NCBI GenBank assembly: GCA_028534125.1
Contig: CM052828.1
Coordinates: 16,182,001-16,246,000, forward strand
DNA from: Lama glama
Lineage: Eukaryota
DNA length: 64,000 bases
Direction of reading: 5' to 3'
Shown: in pieces, positions 1-12,329 of the stretch
How the letters are laid out: every line of letters begins with the position of its first letter
Numbering within the stretch: the first letter of the stretch is position 1
Translations under genes and position numbers: made by a program
The notes under the pieces: model-generated
The model's database searches: none
What the model was told of the DNA's origin: nothing
What the model saw: only the letters and a program-made list of their open reading frames with translations

Positions 1-328
1 AGGTCTGACCAGAATCAAAGCTGTAAAAAAAGGGAAATTAATCTCTGCTCTCCTTTCACCTCTACCCTCCATTCTTAGCTCCCAAACTCATGTGGTAGCA
101 AAGCCTGCCTTGAAGTCAAGGGAGCCTGGTGATAGACTGCATCTTACTTAGTGTGAGACACACGCGTTTTAGGGCTGCCGTGTCCGTGTGTTTGACGATG
201 CGGGGCTTGGCCATGGTGCTCACTTGTTTGGGCAAACAGTAGTCTAGCACTTGCTGTGAGGGTATTTTTAAGATCTGCTATCAGCGGACTTTAAATAAAG
301 ATTACCCTCACCTGTGGGTGGGTCTCCC

Positions 329-736
329 TATTAGTTTGTTCAGGATGCCATACAAAATACTGCAGACGGGGGGACTTAGACATTTATTTCTCATAGTTCT
401 GGAGGCTGGAAGTCCAAGCTCAAGGTGCTATTAGGCTTGGGGTTTTTGGTTTTTGGTTTTCGGTTTTTTTTTTTTTTTTTTGAGCTCTCTCTCCTTGGCT
501 TGCAGACAGCTGCCTTCTCTCTGTGTCCTCACATGACTTCTCTGTGTGCCCCTCTCCGGTGTCACTTCCTCTTCTTATAAGGACCAGTCTTCTTGGATTA
601 GGGCCCCACTCTATGACCTCATTTAACCTTTGTGACCTCATTTGACCTCTTTAGAGACCCTATCTCCAAATATAATCTCATTGGAGGTTAGGATCTTAAC
701 ATATGCATTTGGGGAGGACATTATTCAGTCCATAAC
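329..736 (-). mobile_element. MaLR LTR (MLT1A/B-like)
   Basis: ttctggaggctggaagtccaag, gtcctcacatg, atgacctcatttaacc, attcagtccataac. Confidence 0.8.
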
Positions 737-917
737 CGACTCATCCAATAAATTGAAGGCCTTAAGAGCCAAAACTGAGGTTTCCTGGGGAAGAAATTTT
801 GCCTCAAGACCAACACAGGAATCCTGCCTGAGTTCCCAGCCTTCCGTCCTGCCCTATTGATCTGGGGCTTGCCAGTCCTACAATCATGTAAAACAATCCC
901 TTGAATCAAATCTCTTT

Positions 918-1072
918 TTTAAAAATGTTTTAAAATTTAATTAATTAATTATTTTTTGTGACTAGGGGTTAATCAGTTTTTTTTTTAAACAGAGAAAGTG
1001 CGGACTGAACCAGGACTAGGACCCTGTGCATGCCAAGCACCCATTCTACCACTAAGCTATACCCTCCCCCCA
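918..1072 (-). mobile_element. tRNA-Ala-derived camelid SINE (Vic-1-like)
   Basis: Reverse complement starts GGGGGAGGGTATAGCTTAGTGGTAGA; A-rich tail; TSD AATCAAATCTCTTT at 904-917 and 1073-1086. Confidence 0.85.
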
Positions 1073-2064
1073 AATCAAATCTCTTTATACAGAGCACATA
1101 TATGTGGCATGTAATATGTGGTCTATAATAGGACACACAGATCATAGACGGTATATAAAGGATCAGCGCTGTGTTCTCCTGACTTCTGGCCTCTCCATCA
1201 GGGCTCTTGGGGCCATGCTGTCCAGCAGCTGAAGGTTCAGGACCTGAGGACTCAGGACACACTCCTGGAGTGGAGTGGGACTGAAGAGAATATGGGGGCA
1301 ATGCCAGTTCTCCAGAGCAGTTCGCTGAATAGAAGGCCTTATTCAGTGGGGACTGGCCCTCTGAAAGTTTGTTCCATTTGATTAAGTGGGAACTCTTTCA
1401 TTCTATTTCCCTAGATAACATGTTTTCTCAGTCTTTAGTGATGGCTCCCTCCTGCCACCTCATCTTGTCCATTTTCCTTATAAATGATCTCAGCTGTGAC
1501 CCAGAGCTACTAATTAAGTCAGTTAAACACTGTGAGGTTTCTGCCTCCAGCAGTGCTATAGAAATTGAGGGTTTTGCTGGCAAGTGACTCATCCGTTTGA
1601 ACATATTAATTACTGCATGAACTGTTAGAGCTTTGAGAACATCCTAAGAACATTCTAAGAATACCTTGATAATGAACCGTCTCCACCATGATTCACCTCT
1701 TCATGGTCAGGAGAACGTCTCATTCCAAAAGAAGCCTCCATCTGTGTTAAGTCACTCAACTAAGCTCTCAGAACAAGCACTCAAAAACAGACCACGTAAA
1801 TGTGCTTATACATCTGTACCGGTGAGGACTGGCTAGGTTCCACTGCAGTGGAACAGCTCCCCAAACTCTGCAGCTTGAAACAACAAAAGTTTCTCTCTTG
1901 TTCACGCTCTGTATCCCCAGGGGCTCTGTTCTGGGTCATCTGCAGATTCGGAGGAATTCACTAGACTGAATGGTCCTACCTCACAGTGGCATCAGGGTAG
2001 CTATGGGTCAAGGTCACATGCCAATGAGGCAGCGGGGCCGGGACACCTGGAAGAGCAGCTAAGG

Positions 2065-2305
2065 TGGGGAAAGTGGTCGGGCTTTGGGGACAGACAGGCC
2101 TGGTTCATGTTCCAGCTCTAGCAAGTCCCTTGCGTGTGACCTTGGATATATTCTTTATTTTCTCTGAACCTCAGCCCTTCTATCCAGTGTGATTAACCAC
2201 ATCTCCTAAAGCTGATGTGAAGATTTAGGACACGATACTTGGAAAGCAGAAAAGCATTGAGCTCTGGGCATGATAGGGAACAAGTGCTCAATAAATGTGA
2301 ACAGT
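2065..2305 (+). mobile_element. MIR SINE
   Basis: gggctttggggacagacaggcctggttc...gtgtgaccttgg...ctctgaacctcag...gtgctcaataaatg. Confidence 0.7.
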
Positions 2306-2414
2306 CTTTTATCCTCTCTGCTGCTCCAGTGTCCTCCAATCCCCCCCCACACACAGGGCAATGAGAAAATCCTGAGTTTTATAAAAGTACCATTCTTTTC
2401 TTAGGAGTCTTTAG

Positions 2415-3362
2415 ACTTGTGTTTCCAACTTTTTGGGTCACAACCCACAGTCAAGAAAAACATTTGAATAAAACCATGTGTGTGCTGGCGGGGACAATGG
2501 GTACAAGCACTGAACTGCACCTCACAAGGCAGAACGTGCAGGGATCACAAACCCAACATCCCTCTCCTGTGTGTCCAGAGAAACTCCTTTGCAGATGTGC
2601 CAAGGAGATGACCGAGAAGGTTCGTAGCAGCACTGTTTGCAAACACCCAGTCTGGAAGCATCACCATGTCCGCCAGTCCTGGGGCAGAACATGTATCATG
2701 ATGCAGTCATAGGAAGAAACGTGTGCAGCAGTAAAAATGAATGAACTACACCAATGGGAATAAATCTCACAAATATAACACTGAGTGGAAGAAGCAAATC
2801 CCAGAAGAACTGTCATGAGGACCTCAAAGACAGGTCACACTAAAATCTATTTTTTCCTGATGACAAATGGGTGGTGAAGTTATAGTGAATGCAAGGGAGT
2901 GAGTATCATCAAAGTCAGGATAGTGGCTGCCCCGGGGCGGTGGTGGGTGGGGGAGGAAAGGAAGTGAGGGAGGTCATTCGGATGGTTTCTAAGAAGTACC
3001 AGCTCTGCCTTAGTTCTTAACCATGGTGATGGGGATTCAGGATTTTGCTTTATTAGTCTTTAAAATATATCAGTTATAAACACTGCTGGGAGCTTAATAT
3101 ATTTCACAATAAAAATAAAGGTTTAAAAAAACCCAGAAATAAATTTTAGGTCCTAACCCAGTGCACACATTTATAGATCCATGTGTGTGTATTTATACTG
3201 AAACAAAAATTTCACAAAGAAATCTGCCTTCATTATAAGAGGTGTATTCATATGTTTATTTTATTTTATTTGGTTCAGTTCTATTTTTTAATGCTAGTTG
3301 TAAACTACTCAACTGATTTCAGAACCCCCTAGTGGATCATGACCTATAGTTTAACAACACTG
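2415..3362. mobile_element. hAT/Charlie-type MER DNA transposon interrupted by an L1 fragment
   Basis: Ends gtgtttccaactttttgggtcacaacccacag ... gacctatagtttaacaacactg; the halves flank the L1 fragment at about 2480-3130. Confidence 0.55.
2480..3132 (+). mobile_element. Old L1 (L1ME/MC-like) 3' fragment
   Basis: gcagcactgtttg, gcagtaaaaatgaatgaactac, ends atatttcacaataaaa plus A tail. Confidence 0.7.
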
Positions 3363-5781
3363 CCTTAGACTAAAGATAAATACCAACATTCCGTCTTGCT
3401 TAGATCAGAAAGGCTATTTGAAATACTTGAAAAAGCCCAATGTGGCAAAACCAGATCTTGTTCTTGCAAGGGATTTACTGCTTTTCATCAGCAATTTGCA
3501 TTTCAACGGCAAGGCTTTTCCTCCGGGGAGCCAGTCCAGTAAGTGGTTGCTGCTTACTGTACTGCAGAATCAGGCACCCTCATCATCTGATTCAAACAGC
3601 TGAGAAAAAAAGAAGGCTAGAAGCAACAGTTTGGGGGCTGTATTTCTAGGGTGGAACAACAATGTTTCCAAGAGACAAATCAAAGTGTATCACCAGGGAA
3701 TAGGCAATGGAAGCTATTGACGGCTGCAGCAGGAGTGGGAATGGCAGCGGGCACATCGAAAGGATGAGGGGTGCTGAGATGAAAATGGCCCTCTAACACA
3801 GCCTCCCACCGAAGAGCGTTTTGTTCAGGCGCTGTCCTGTTGTGGTCGGCACATTGTGTGGAGGGAGCGGCTTGGGGGTGAAAGAGCTGCTGGCTGGCCA
3901 GATAACAGAGCAACAGGAGGAAATCAATAGACAGCCAGCCAACACTCCTTTAGTGTCTAAATTACTCAGAATGTTCGTCTCCAGCGCTTCCAAGTTAGCA
4001 CTGCTTTTACTGGTTGAACAGGACCCCGGGCAGAACAAGCCAATCCCGCAACTCAGATCCATGTGAACTGCACATTCGCTCTAAGGAGCCCAGGTACCTG
4101 CCTGAGTGGTCTCCTGCCTTTCGGGATCCCTGTTGCCCTCTGGCTTTCCTGTAACTCCCAAGTTCAGAAGTGGTGACTCTGTCAAAGGCCAGAGGGGGAG
4201 CTTACGAAATGCTATCTCCAGGGACCCCAGCCCATCTAGCAAAACCCCATATGAACTATTTCAGATGGCCTCTCCCTCGAGCTGGTCCCTGGTCCTCCTC
4301 CAGAGAGTGACCAGAGGACAGCTGGCTATGGCTGCTTGTAAGTACTTCGGGACACATTCTCTTCAAGCCATGAGAAGGTAAGTGGATGAAGCATCCAGGA
4401 GTCCCTGCCAGGAGAGGTCAGAGCTACCTGCTGCCCTGTTCCCATACGAAACCACAAGATGGAGCACAGATTCTGATAGGTCAGGACCTTTGACATGAGG
4501 GGGCAAAAAACCCATCTGAGCTCAGATGGTCCTGTAGTGATGCCAGGGCACCTGACCATAGAGGTGTCCCTCCTAATCGTTGGGGGGGGGGGGTTGGGCT
4601 AAAACAACAGCAGGAATGAGAGAAAACGAGAAAGAAGAAATGACAGAACTCTCACGTTCCCCTGTGTTCTTGATAATCACTGAAACCTCATAGCCAGCAT
4701 AATAAAACTTGGGTTCCCAGGTCCCTTTCATTCCAGCATTCCTCTTCCTAAGCAGGACGGAGAAATGTTTGGCATTATTGGCACTCTACGAATCCATCAT
4801 CATCTTATGTGTAGAGGAGCAGACCCACCACAGGTGCAGTCAGTCTATATTCTCAGGGTGTTCCTTTGCATCAGAGTTTACAGCAAGGCAGAATACTAGG
4901 AACCTTCTGTCCTTGGGAAGAATCCACAAGGGAGGTCTGCTGGAATAACATGTCCCCTTCATCTCCAGGAACCTGTTAATGCTTCTTGTGTTGTGGACAG
5001 GAGGCTGCAATATTGCAGCGATGTGTGCGTGTGTCTGTGTGTGTGCTTGCGTGCATATGTGTTTGTCCACAAACTGAAGATAGAGAACAAACTTCCAAGA
5101 AAGACCAGAAAGGTATGGAAACACAGTCTGTGAAGCAAATGTGCACACAGTCAGGAGCCGGGTATCACTTTCGGGGGCAGGTTTGAACTCACGAGGTCCT
5201 CTACCCAACAGCTGGGGCCCTTGGCTCTGAGTCCAGCCTCTTGCTCAGTAATGCCTACTTCTAACCTACTTTGTGTAGAAGATACATTGATACATTTTAG
5301 GTAGCCCCTAAAAGGAAAATCAAAATTTGAGAAGATAAAGATGCCACAAAAGGTTTATGCAACAAAGACGATGTTTCACAGTGAGTACACACTTCTTGGT
5401 AATAACAGAAATTAAGCTGCTGTGGGTTTTTCCTATCCTACTTGTAAATGTGCCCAGAGGGTAACAAGCCACGAGCACATCCAATCACTCTGATAATTGA
5501 ATAATAAATAAGCATTGAGTCAAGACAGACTGCGTGAGGCAGCGATGCCAACAGGCTGGAGCAGCACCTCCCCAAGTGGCCCAAAGGCCGCCTGAGACAG
5601 ATCAAAGAGGAAATATGAGGACAGCTCTCTACACATCTCCCGACCTTGGTGTCTGTCCAAGACATGTGGTGCAAACAAACTCCTGAATGCACACCTTCAC
5701 CCTCCTTGAAATGCTAAGTGAGCTGCTGAAAACATGCCTGTCTCAGTGTGGGCTTCAGAGAGGCAGCGGCGGGCAACTGCC

Positions 5782-5847
5782 TGGATGGAGTACTCAGACC
5801 ATCGCAAAATTGGATGGAGTACTCAGACCATCGCAAAATTGGATGGA
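5782..5847. repeat. Perfect 29-bp tandem duplication (2.3 copies)
   Basis: TGGATGGAGTACTCAGACCATCGCAAAAT at 5782-5810 and 5811-5839, then TGGATGGA. Confidence 0.95.
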
Positions 5848-6610
5848 TTCTGACTTCAGCATCAATCAGCTGCTTCCCCAAGGGGGAAAAAAATGTGTGT
5901 GTGGTGGAGGGCAGGGAATTAGGTTATTGAGTTGGAAGAATTAACATAATGGAAGGAAATGAGGAGCTACAGAAAGTGTATGAATTCACTACCATCTATA
6001 ACTCTCTCCTAGAAAGTTTTATTTATTTATTTTTTTGCTTTCTGATTCCTGGAGGATTTGGCCCGATGATTCAGGGCACTTGTGAGGCTCCATTTAAATC
6101 TGGGGTAAGGAGAGTGGAGCTCTTTCACTGAAGCCAGACCCAGAGTTGACATGTGAGTAAGGAAGCAATGGCTGGTACATGTTATAAAATTCATGGCTCT
6201 CACTTCTTGGGGGAGCTCAAGTAGGAGACGCTGCCTAATTACAGGGGCAGCCTCCCTCTCCCAGGGGCTCCTATCAGGGAGGCCACGACCACCTTTAACA
6301 GAAACACCCAGAGCTCACCTGTCATCATGCTCCTTTGGACCCTGGGAGACAGGGAGGGGCTTGGGGCCAGCAAACTGATGTACGTTCTACTAATGTTATT
6401 AGCATGTCCTTCAAAGAAGTGGCAAAGTGCTAGGATATCACTAGAAATAGAAGACATAGTCTCTGTTTCAGCCCACAATGTAAAACTGCACCATGAGCAA
6501 CAGTTCTGTGAATATGCACATATTGATCCAATGGTTCTCTGTACCCACTGTACGCATTTAGCACGGTACTCTGTACACAGAGCCTTCGGTAAAGGTTGTG
6601 GCTGATGAAT

Positions 6611-6660
6611 GGAGGAGGAGAAGGAGGAGGAGGAGGAGGAAAAGATGATGATGATGACGC
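6611..6660. repeat. (GGA)n/(GAT)n simple repeat after an L2 3' end
   Basis: Directly visible. Confidence 0.75.
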
Positions 6661-6839
6661 TTTGGAATGACTTGGTGCAATCTTTTCTGTAAAAGGGATG
6701 GATTAAGTGATCAATACTACTCCTTGTAATCTATAAAAAACCACTTTACTTTCCTATTCCACCAAAAATTCTATAAATGTGACTATTGTACCTTTCAAGG
6801 TTGTGCATGTAATAGCTGAATAATAAATACTTATGGACT

Positions 6840-6878
6840 TATAAATCGACTGTAAGTCAAAAAAAAATTAAAAAAAGC
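6840..6878 (+). mobile_element. Ultra-short 5'-truncated L1-type insertion
   Basis: About 20 nt resembling the L1 3' terminus plus an A tail, flanked by 15-bp direct repeats (6825-6839 and 6879-6893, one mismatch). Confidence 0.6.
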
Positions 6879-7100
6879 AAATACCTATGGACTGATTTTA
6901 TGAATCCACTTCCTAGATTGTAGGCGGAAAGACTAAGCCTGTCCCACCATCAGACAGCTTGTCAACAGCGGAGGGCAAAGGGAAATTGGCCAGGCCTCGT
7001 CCCAGACAGAGAACACGCCCTTAAATAACGAGCCCTTTGGGTTGCTTTGCTACATGCACCTTCCTGCTGGGAGGGGAAGCCTAAGGAAGCAGCAGAGCGG

Positions 7101-7108
7101 TGACGTCA
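7101..7108. promoter_or_regulatory. Full palindromic CRE (TGACGTCA)
   Basis: Exact motif in unique, locally CpG-retaining DNA. Confidence 0.45.
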
Positions 7109-8439
7109 GGAGTATCGGAGCCAGCCCCTTTCTTGAGAAGGGAGACTCACACATCTGTTGAACCATTAGGAGAGTGAAAAATCAGCTTTTGTTTTTCCTA
7201 AAGAGCTTTGACTTCCCGTTTCCTCTGTCAGTGAAAGTGAGTAAATTTCGAGGGCTACTGTTCATTCATTCAATTTCTTTTTTAACTGAACATCTGCTAG
7301 GTACAGCAGCACCACCAAGCCGATTTAGACACTGTCAGGGCCTCGGGGAGCTTGCAGTCTAGTAAGTCCAAGAGGTCTTCATATTTTACTACAACTCAAG
7401 GCAGGGTAAGGTAAATGCCCTCACAGAAATGCAAATAAAGGCTAGTAGGTGTTTGGAGGTGGCAGAGATAAGAGAAAACTATCCTCTCCGTGGCTGCATG
7501 GGGATGGGGAGAGGCAAGAGGCCCGTTAGAACGCTGCTCGCCTGGGCTCCTGGCGCCCATGTGACACTGTGTATACGGGCAGTGTGTTGGCCTTCCTACT
7601 CGCAAACCCCTCTCCCTCCAGTGTGACTCACTATTTGCTGCCTCTTTAAGAAACAGAGTGACTTTTGGCCTTTCTGCTTGGTGTTTCAGGATCTAAAAGC
7701 CTGAAACCACTTCAAGTGGTCGCAACATACATGCAGTCAGGAGGCTAAATCTCTGATTACGGGTCAACAGTGCAAAAGGAGAACAGGGTGGCGTGATTAT
7801 ATGCTGCATGTCTGCAATGTCTAACCTGGAAAGTGCTGGCTCTTTTCTAGGTCATCTCCTTTGAGCACTCAGGGTGAAATGTCCCAGTGATATCAAGAAA
7901 CAGCATCACTTCAAGCCCTGGCATTACACACGCTGAAAGTATCAGCTATCACGTTGGCCAAGAGCAAGAAAAACATCAGCCCTCCTCACAGAAACACACA
8001 TGCACACAGACCTGGCGAGGTTTCTCAGTGTCACAACTTTGTGTACATTCCTGACTTCTGGTTTTTGCCATTAACCCCAGAACCTTCTTGATGAAATTTT
8101 GTTAATAAACCTCAAAAGAACTGCCATCTTTACAGCAGTATGGGTGCCAGGGTCTCTTCCGGAATTAAACAGCTGCTTTACCTGACAATGGTTCATCATT
8201 TAGACTTGTTAGAAGGAGCTATCTGGTGTTGGATTTTTCTTTTTACAGGAGAGAGAAAATCAACCTGAGAGGTTACTATCGCCATTGATGTTAAAATGCC
8301 AGTGGAGGGTGAAAAATAACCAACAATGCCAAGAACAATTTTCCTCCCCAGATGTCCTGATGAACCCCAAGAATACTCACCCTTCTAGTCAAGGAGGGGC
8401 AGATCATATGGCGATAAATAATATCTAGGAGAGGCATTT

Positions 8440-9320
8440 TCTCCTTTATTTTCTTAATTATGTAAGTAATTAGATACTCAATGTAGAAAAATAGAAAATA
8501 CAGATAGTGAAGAGTTAATCAACCAACCAAAAGTCAGACCCAGAGAAGATCACTGTAAATATTTTGGTGTATATCCATCTCTACGGATTGAATGTTTGTG
8601 TCCCCCCCCCCACCCCCCGTCATATGTTGAAATCCTAACCTCCAATGCGATGGTAATATGAGGTGGGACCTTTGGGAAGTGATTAGGTTTTGAGGGCAGA
8701 GCCCTCAGATTAGTGCCCTTAGGAAAGAGAGAATCAGGAAGTGGGTTCTCACCAGACACCACGCCTTGACCTCGGACTTTCCGGCCCCCAGAACAATGAG
8801 AAAGAAATTTCTGTAATTATAAGTCACCATGTCTATGTTATTCTATTATAGCAGCCCAAACAAACTTAGACATCATCAAAACTTTTTCACATATCTGTGT
8901 TTATTTTTAATGGAATCAAATCTATATTTAAATTGTGTGACCTGCTCTTCCCTTTAACGTATCACGAATATCTTTATATATTTATATATGTGCGTGCACA
9001 CTCATGTACATCATCATTTTGTTATTTTTAATGGTCAAATAATATTCCATTCTCAAGATGGATTGCACTTCATCTATTCAGCCCTGGATATCACTGGACA
9101 TTTAAGTTGCTTACAGCTTTTCCCTATTGAAAAAAGACCCTAATGAGTATCCCTGTGCATATAGTTGCATATTTGTCTGTTAATTTCTTAAAGATAAAGT
9201 CCTTAGAATGGACTGCTAGGTACATGCACATTTTTGAGGCATTTGCTAAATATTTCCAAACTGTACTCCAGGATTTGTACTGATTTACACTTTTAGCAAG
9301 TGTCTAAGAGAGTCTTTTTC
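8440..9320 (-). mobile_element. Old L1 (L1ME-like) fragment, split by MLT1A
   Basis: T-rich L1 antisense motifs: aatattccatt, tggacatttaagttg, ccaaactgtactcca. Confidence 0.6.
8580..8872 (+). mobile_element. MaLR LTR (MLT1A-like)
   Basis: ctacggattgaatgtttgtgtcccc...ttatagcagcccaaacaaacttagaca; near-TSD ccatc/tcatc. Confidence 0.85.
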
Positions 9321-10146
9321 CCTAGATGCACAAGAGGCACCTTTTAAAATCCCGTGTATCATCTTTGCCCTTGAACTCCCAACCAGGACACACTCCTCTT
9401 CCGGCAGCAGTTTACAGAAAGAGCTCTGTACCACTCGTGGGCACCAAACAAAGAAAGATGGGCAGGCAGCCATAAGCTAGAGAACAGATGAAATGGGCTG
9501 TCAGGACACAGTGAAATTTTGCTCAAGAGAAAGAGAGAAAAGAGGGAGCTGTCAGCCTCAGAGATATTTGGCTTGGTTCTTTTTCCTTCCTTTCTGCTTT
9601 AAAAGCAGCAATACTTCTGTTTATAAAGCAAGGTTTCAGCTTCCAACCTTTCTCCAGATTCCTATCTCCAGAAAGATAATTGATATCCGTGCGCTTTCAC
9701 ATAGATGATCGGAGCAAGTCCTCCTCCCTACCTGATTTTGTGCGGATGTGATTATCCGCTTGGCTACGGATTAGGACACTTTCCTCAACAGCAAGGCAGA
9801 GTGTTGGACCTCTGATCCTCAGTCTCAAGCTCCCTTTAAATATTTCCCTCTTTCACTTAATATTTAAGAGATTAGAATAAATATGTATTAACCCCAGGAC
9901 CTTTGGTAGAAATTGCCTTTTTGACATAATTCCTCCTATCAACTTTTGCTGTGCCTTGTTTGGTTTTCTCCTAAAGGAGGATGCAGCACAAACGAAAAAA
10001 AAACTGAAATGTGGTCCCAGCTATTCTGCAGATGCCATGAAATTAGCTGCATTAACGGAACCATGTTTATTGCGTGAGTGACTCTGGGGTCACAGTTGCT
10101 GACTCGTGAGGAGGTACCGACGTCTGGATGGTGCTCTACAGGGCTC

Positions 10147-10597
10147 TGTCATGGTCAATTTGATCTGTCAACTTGTCTAGGCCACGGTACTCAGATACTA
10201 GGTCAAACATAACTCTAGATATTTCTGTGAAAGTTTTTTTTTTATAAGTTTACCATTTAAATCAGCAGACTTTGAGTAAAGCAAATTACCCTCTGTAATG
10301 CGGGCAGGACTCATCCAATTAGTTGAAGGCCTTAATAGAAAAACTGATCCCTGAAGAGGAAATTCTGACTCCAGACTGCCTGTGGACTGCAGCATCGGCT
10401 CTTCCCTGAGTCTCCAGTCGGCTGGCCTGCTCTGCAGATTTTGAACTTGCCAACGTCCACAAATTGTGTGAGCCAATTCCTTAAAATAGCCCCCATCCAA
10501 AAATATACAGAGAGAAAGAGAGAATGTAGAACACATAGAAGATTTTATACATATAAAACTTCCTGTTGGTTCTGTTTCTCTAGTGAACCCTCATGCA
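10147..10597 (+). mobile_element. ERVL solo LTR (MLT2D/B-like)
   Basis: TG...CA ends; gactttgagtaaagcaaattaccctc; ttggttctgtttctctag. Confidence 0.85.
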
Positions 10598-12329
10598 GGT
10601 CCATTGCCAGCTTGTGACAGACTTTTCTGGTCAGGGTTTCCACCTCTTCTAACATCACTCTCAGAGCCAAGAAGCAAGCACAGCTGAACACCATTCTCTC
10701 CCACTTGTCAAAGACATATTCAAAGACAAATGAGAATGCTAATAGCAGTAATGCCCCAGGTACTGTGCCAAGCTCACCGCCCAACACTAGGAGGTTGGCC
10801 TAAGGGCCCTCATCGACAGAGAGGAGGCCGCGGCCCGGGGAGGCTTGGGCCACCTGCCTCTCACCTGGTAAATGTGACTCCAACGAGCAGCTGTAAGTGG
10901 CAGGCCTAGGGGTGGGAGCCAGGCTTCCCTGACTTGCCTGATTCTCAAGTTCAGGAGGTCATCCTGCCTTGTTGTAAAAGCAGTTTGGCATCTGAAAAAA
11001 CATTGAGTCCCAACTGGGCATGAGCAGGGCTCTAAATTCTCTTTATTTCCGAGCAAGTGAAAACTACCCAGAGACCAAACACGCGGAATGAGATTCAGGT
11101 GGGAAAGAGAGTCTCCCTGAGCCAGGGCATCAGAGCCGTGAGTTCCTCCAGTTCGAGGACGATTTTGATGCTCAACATCTCCCACGGATTGTCTCTGCAG
11201 CTATCTTTGTCTCCAGCTCCGATCCCTCTCTAAGGCCATTACTTGCCGAGCTGGGCTCCCGACCTGCTTAAATAGGCCCGGACTCAGCTCTTCCCAGGCT
11301 CCCAGTGTCCCTGTAGGGGTTGCACTGTGGCTGGGGAACCTGTTGTCTGTTCTGCCCCTTGGCTAAAGATATCTCTATTCTCCCTACTCCTGCTGCTCCC
11401 TTTCCCTCCTCACTGTCACAGTCTCCTGGCTTCATCCTCTCCTTTCCAGGTAAAAAGATGTGGAGACAGGAGCCAAGGCGAGGAGATAGACCAAAGCTAC
11501 TCCTTTCCTCTCTCCTTCCCTCGCAAGTCCAGACACAGTCAAAACATAACAGCATCTTTCAGCCACGTGAACAGATGCTGCAGTAACTGTCACAAGAAAG
11601 CATCAATGTGTTTTAACACTCATGGGGGAAGAGCTGTAAGAAAGCCCTGTCCGCCGCTGTTCGGAGTCACAGAAGGGAAAATGACAATATGACAAGAGGC
11701 CCTGGGCTCCTACTGGATTCGAGGCAGATTATAATATGAAAAACACCATTGGCCTTTCACAGATGACACTCTAAGTGTTATGGAAGCATGTTCACCCAGA
11801 AAAATGGTCAATATTTTACAACATTCTCTCCTATTTTCCTAGGAGAGATGTACAGAATCATTCCGCCTCTTTTATTTCTACTGTTTCCCCTCCCCCTACC
11901 TCCTGCGATGCCAGAAGCAGCTGCTGTTGCCTTGGCAACATTACAGCATAAACTTGTTGCTTTTGAACCATCTGTATCAACCTGGGCTATGGTGAGGCTG
12001 TTTGTTTCCTTTTCCTACTTGTCATTTACCGAAAGCCAGACTTTATCATTCAGACTCCGACCTTCCTGAACAGTTACATGAGGGCCAACTTTCATACTCA
12101 TCTCAAAGTTAGGAGGGCTGACGCCTTCTTTTGGAGTCAGGTCTTTCCAAAAGAACCCTTAATAAAATATACACCTGTTATTAGGGAGACGGGACCCACC
12201 AGCACACTACAATCCAACGGGATTAATCAGCGTTCTTGTAGAAAACAGAATCCCACGAAAAAAAAAGTGTATTAAAAGAATATGCTTTTTCCCCTCACTA
12301 TAGACATATTTTTATTATCTATTTGTCCT

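Larger units (their letters stand above)
190..1180 (+). mobile_element. ERVL MLT2-type LTR, split by an MLT1 LTR and a SINE
   Basis: MLT2 motifs (gattaccctc..gtgggtggg / ctcatccaat..gaaggccttaagag) continue across both insertions; similar to the copies at 10147 and 50711. Confidence 0.75.

Noticed and set aside
5782-5847. CRISPR-like 29-bp repeats
   Set aside because: No spacers and a eukaryotic context; simple tandem duplication.
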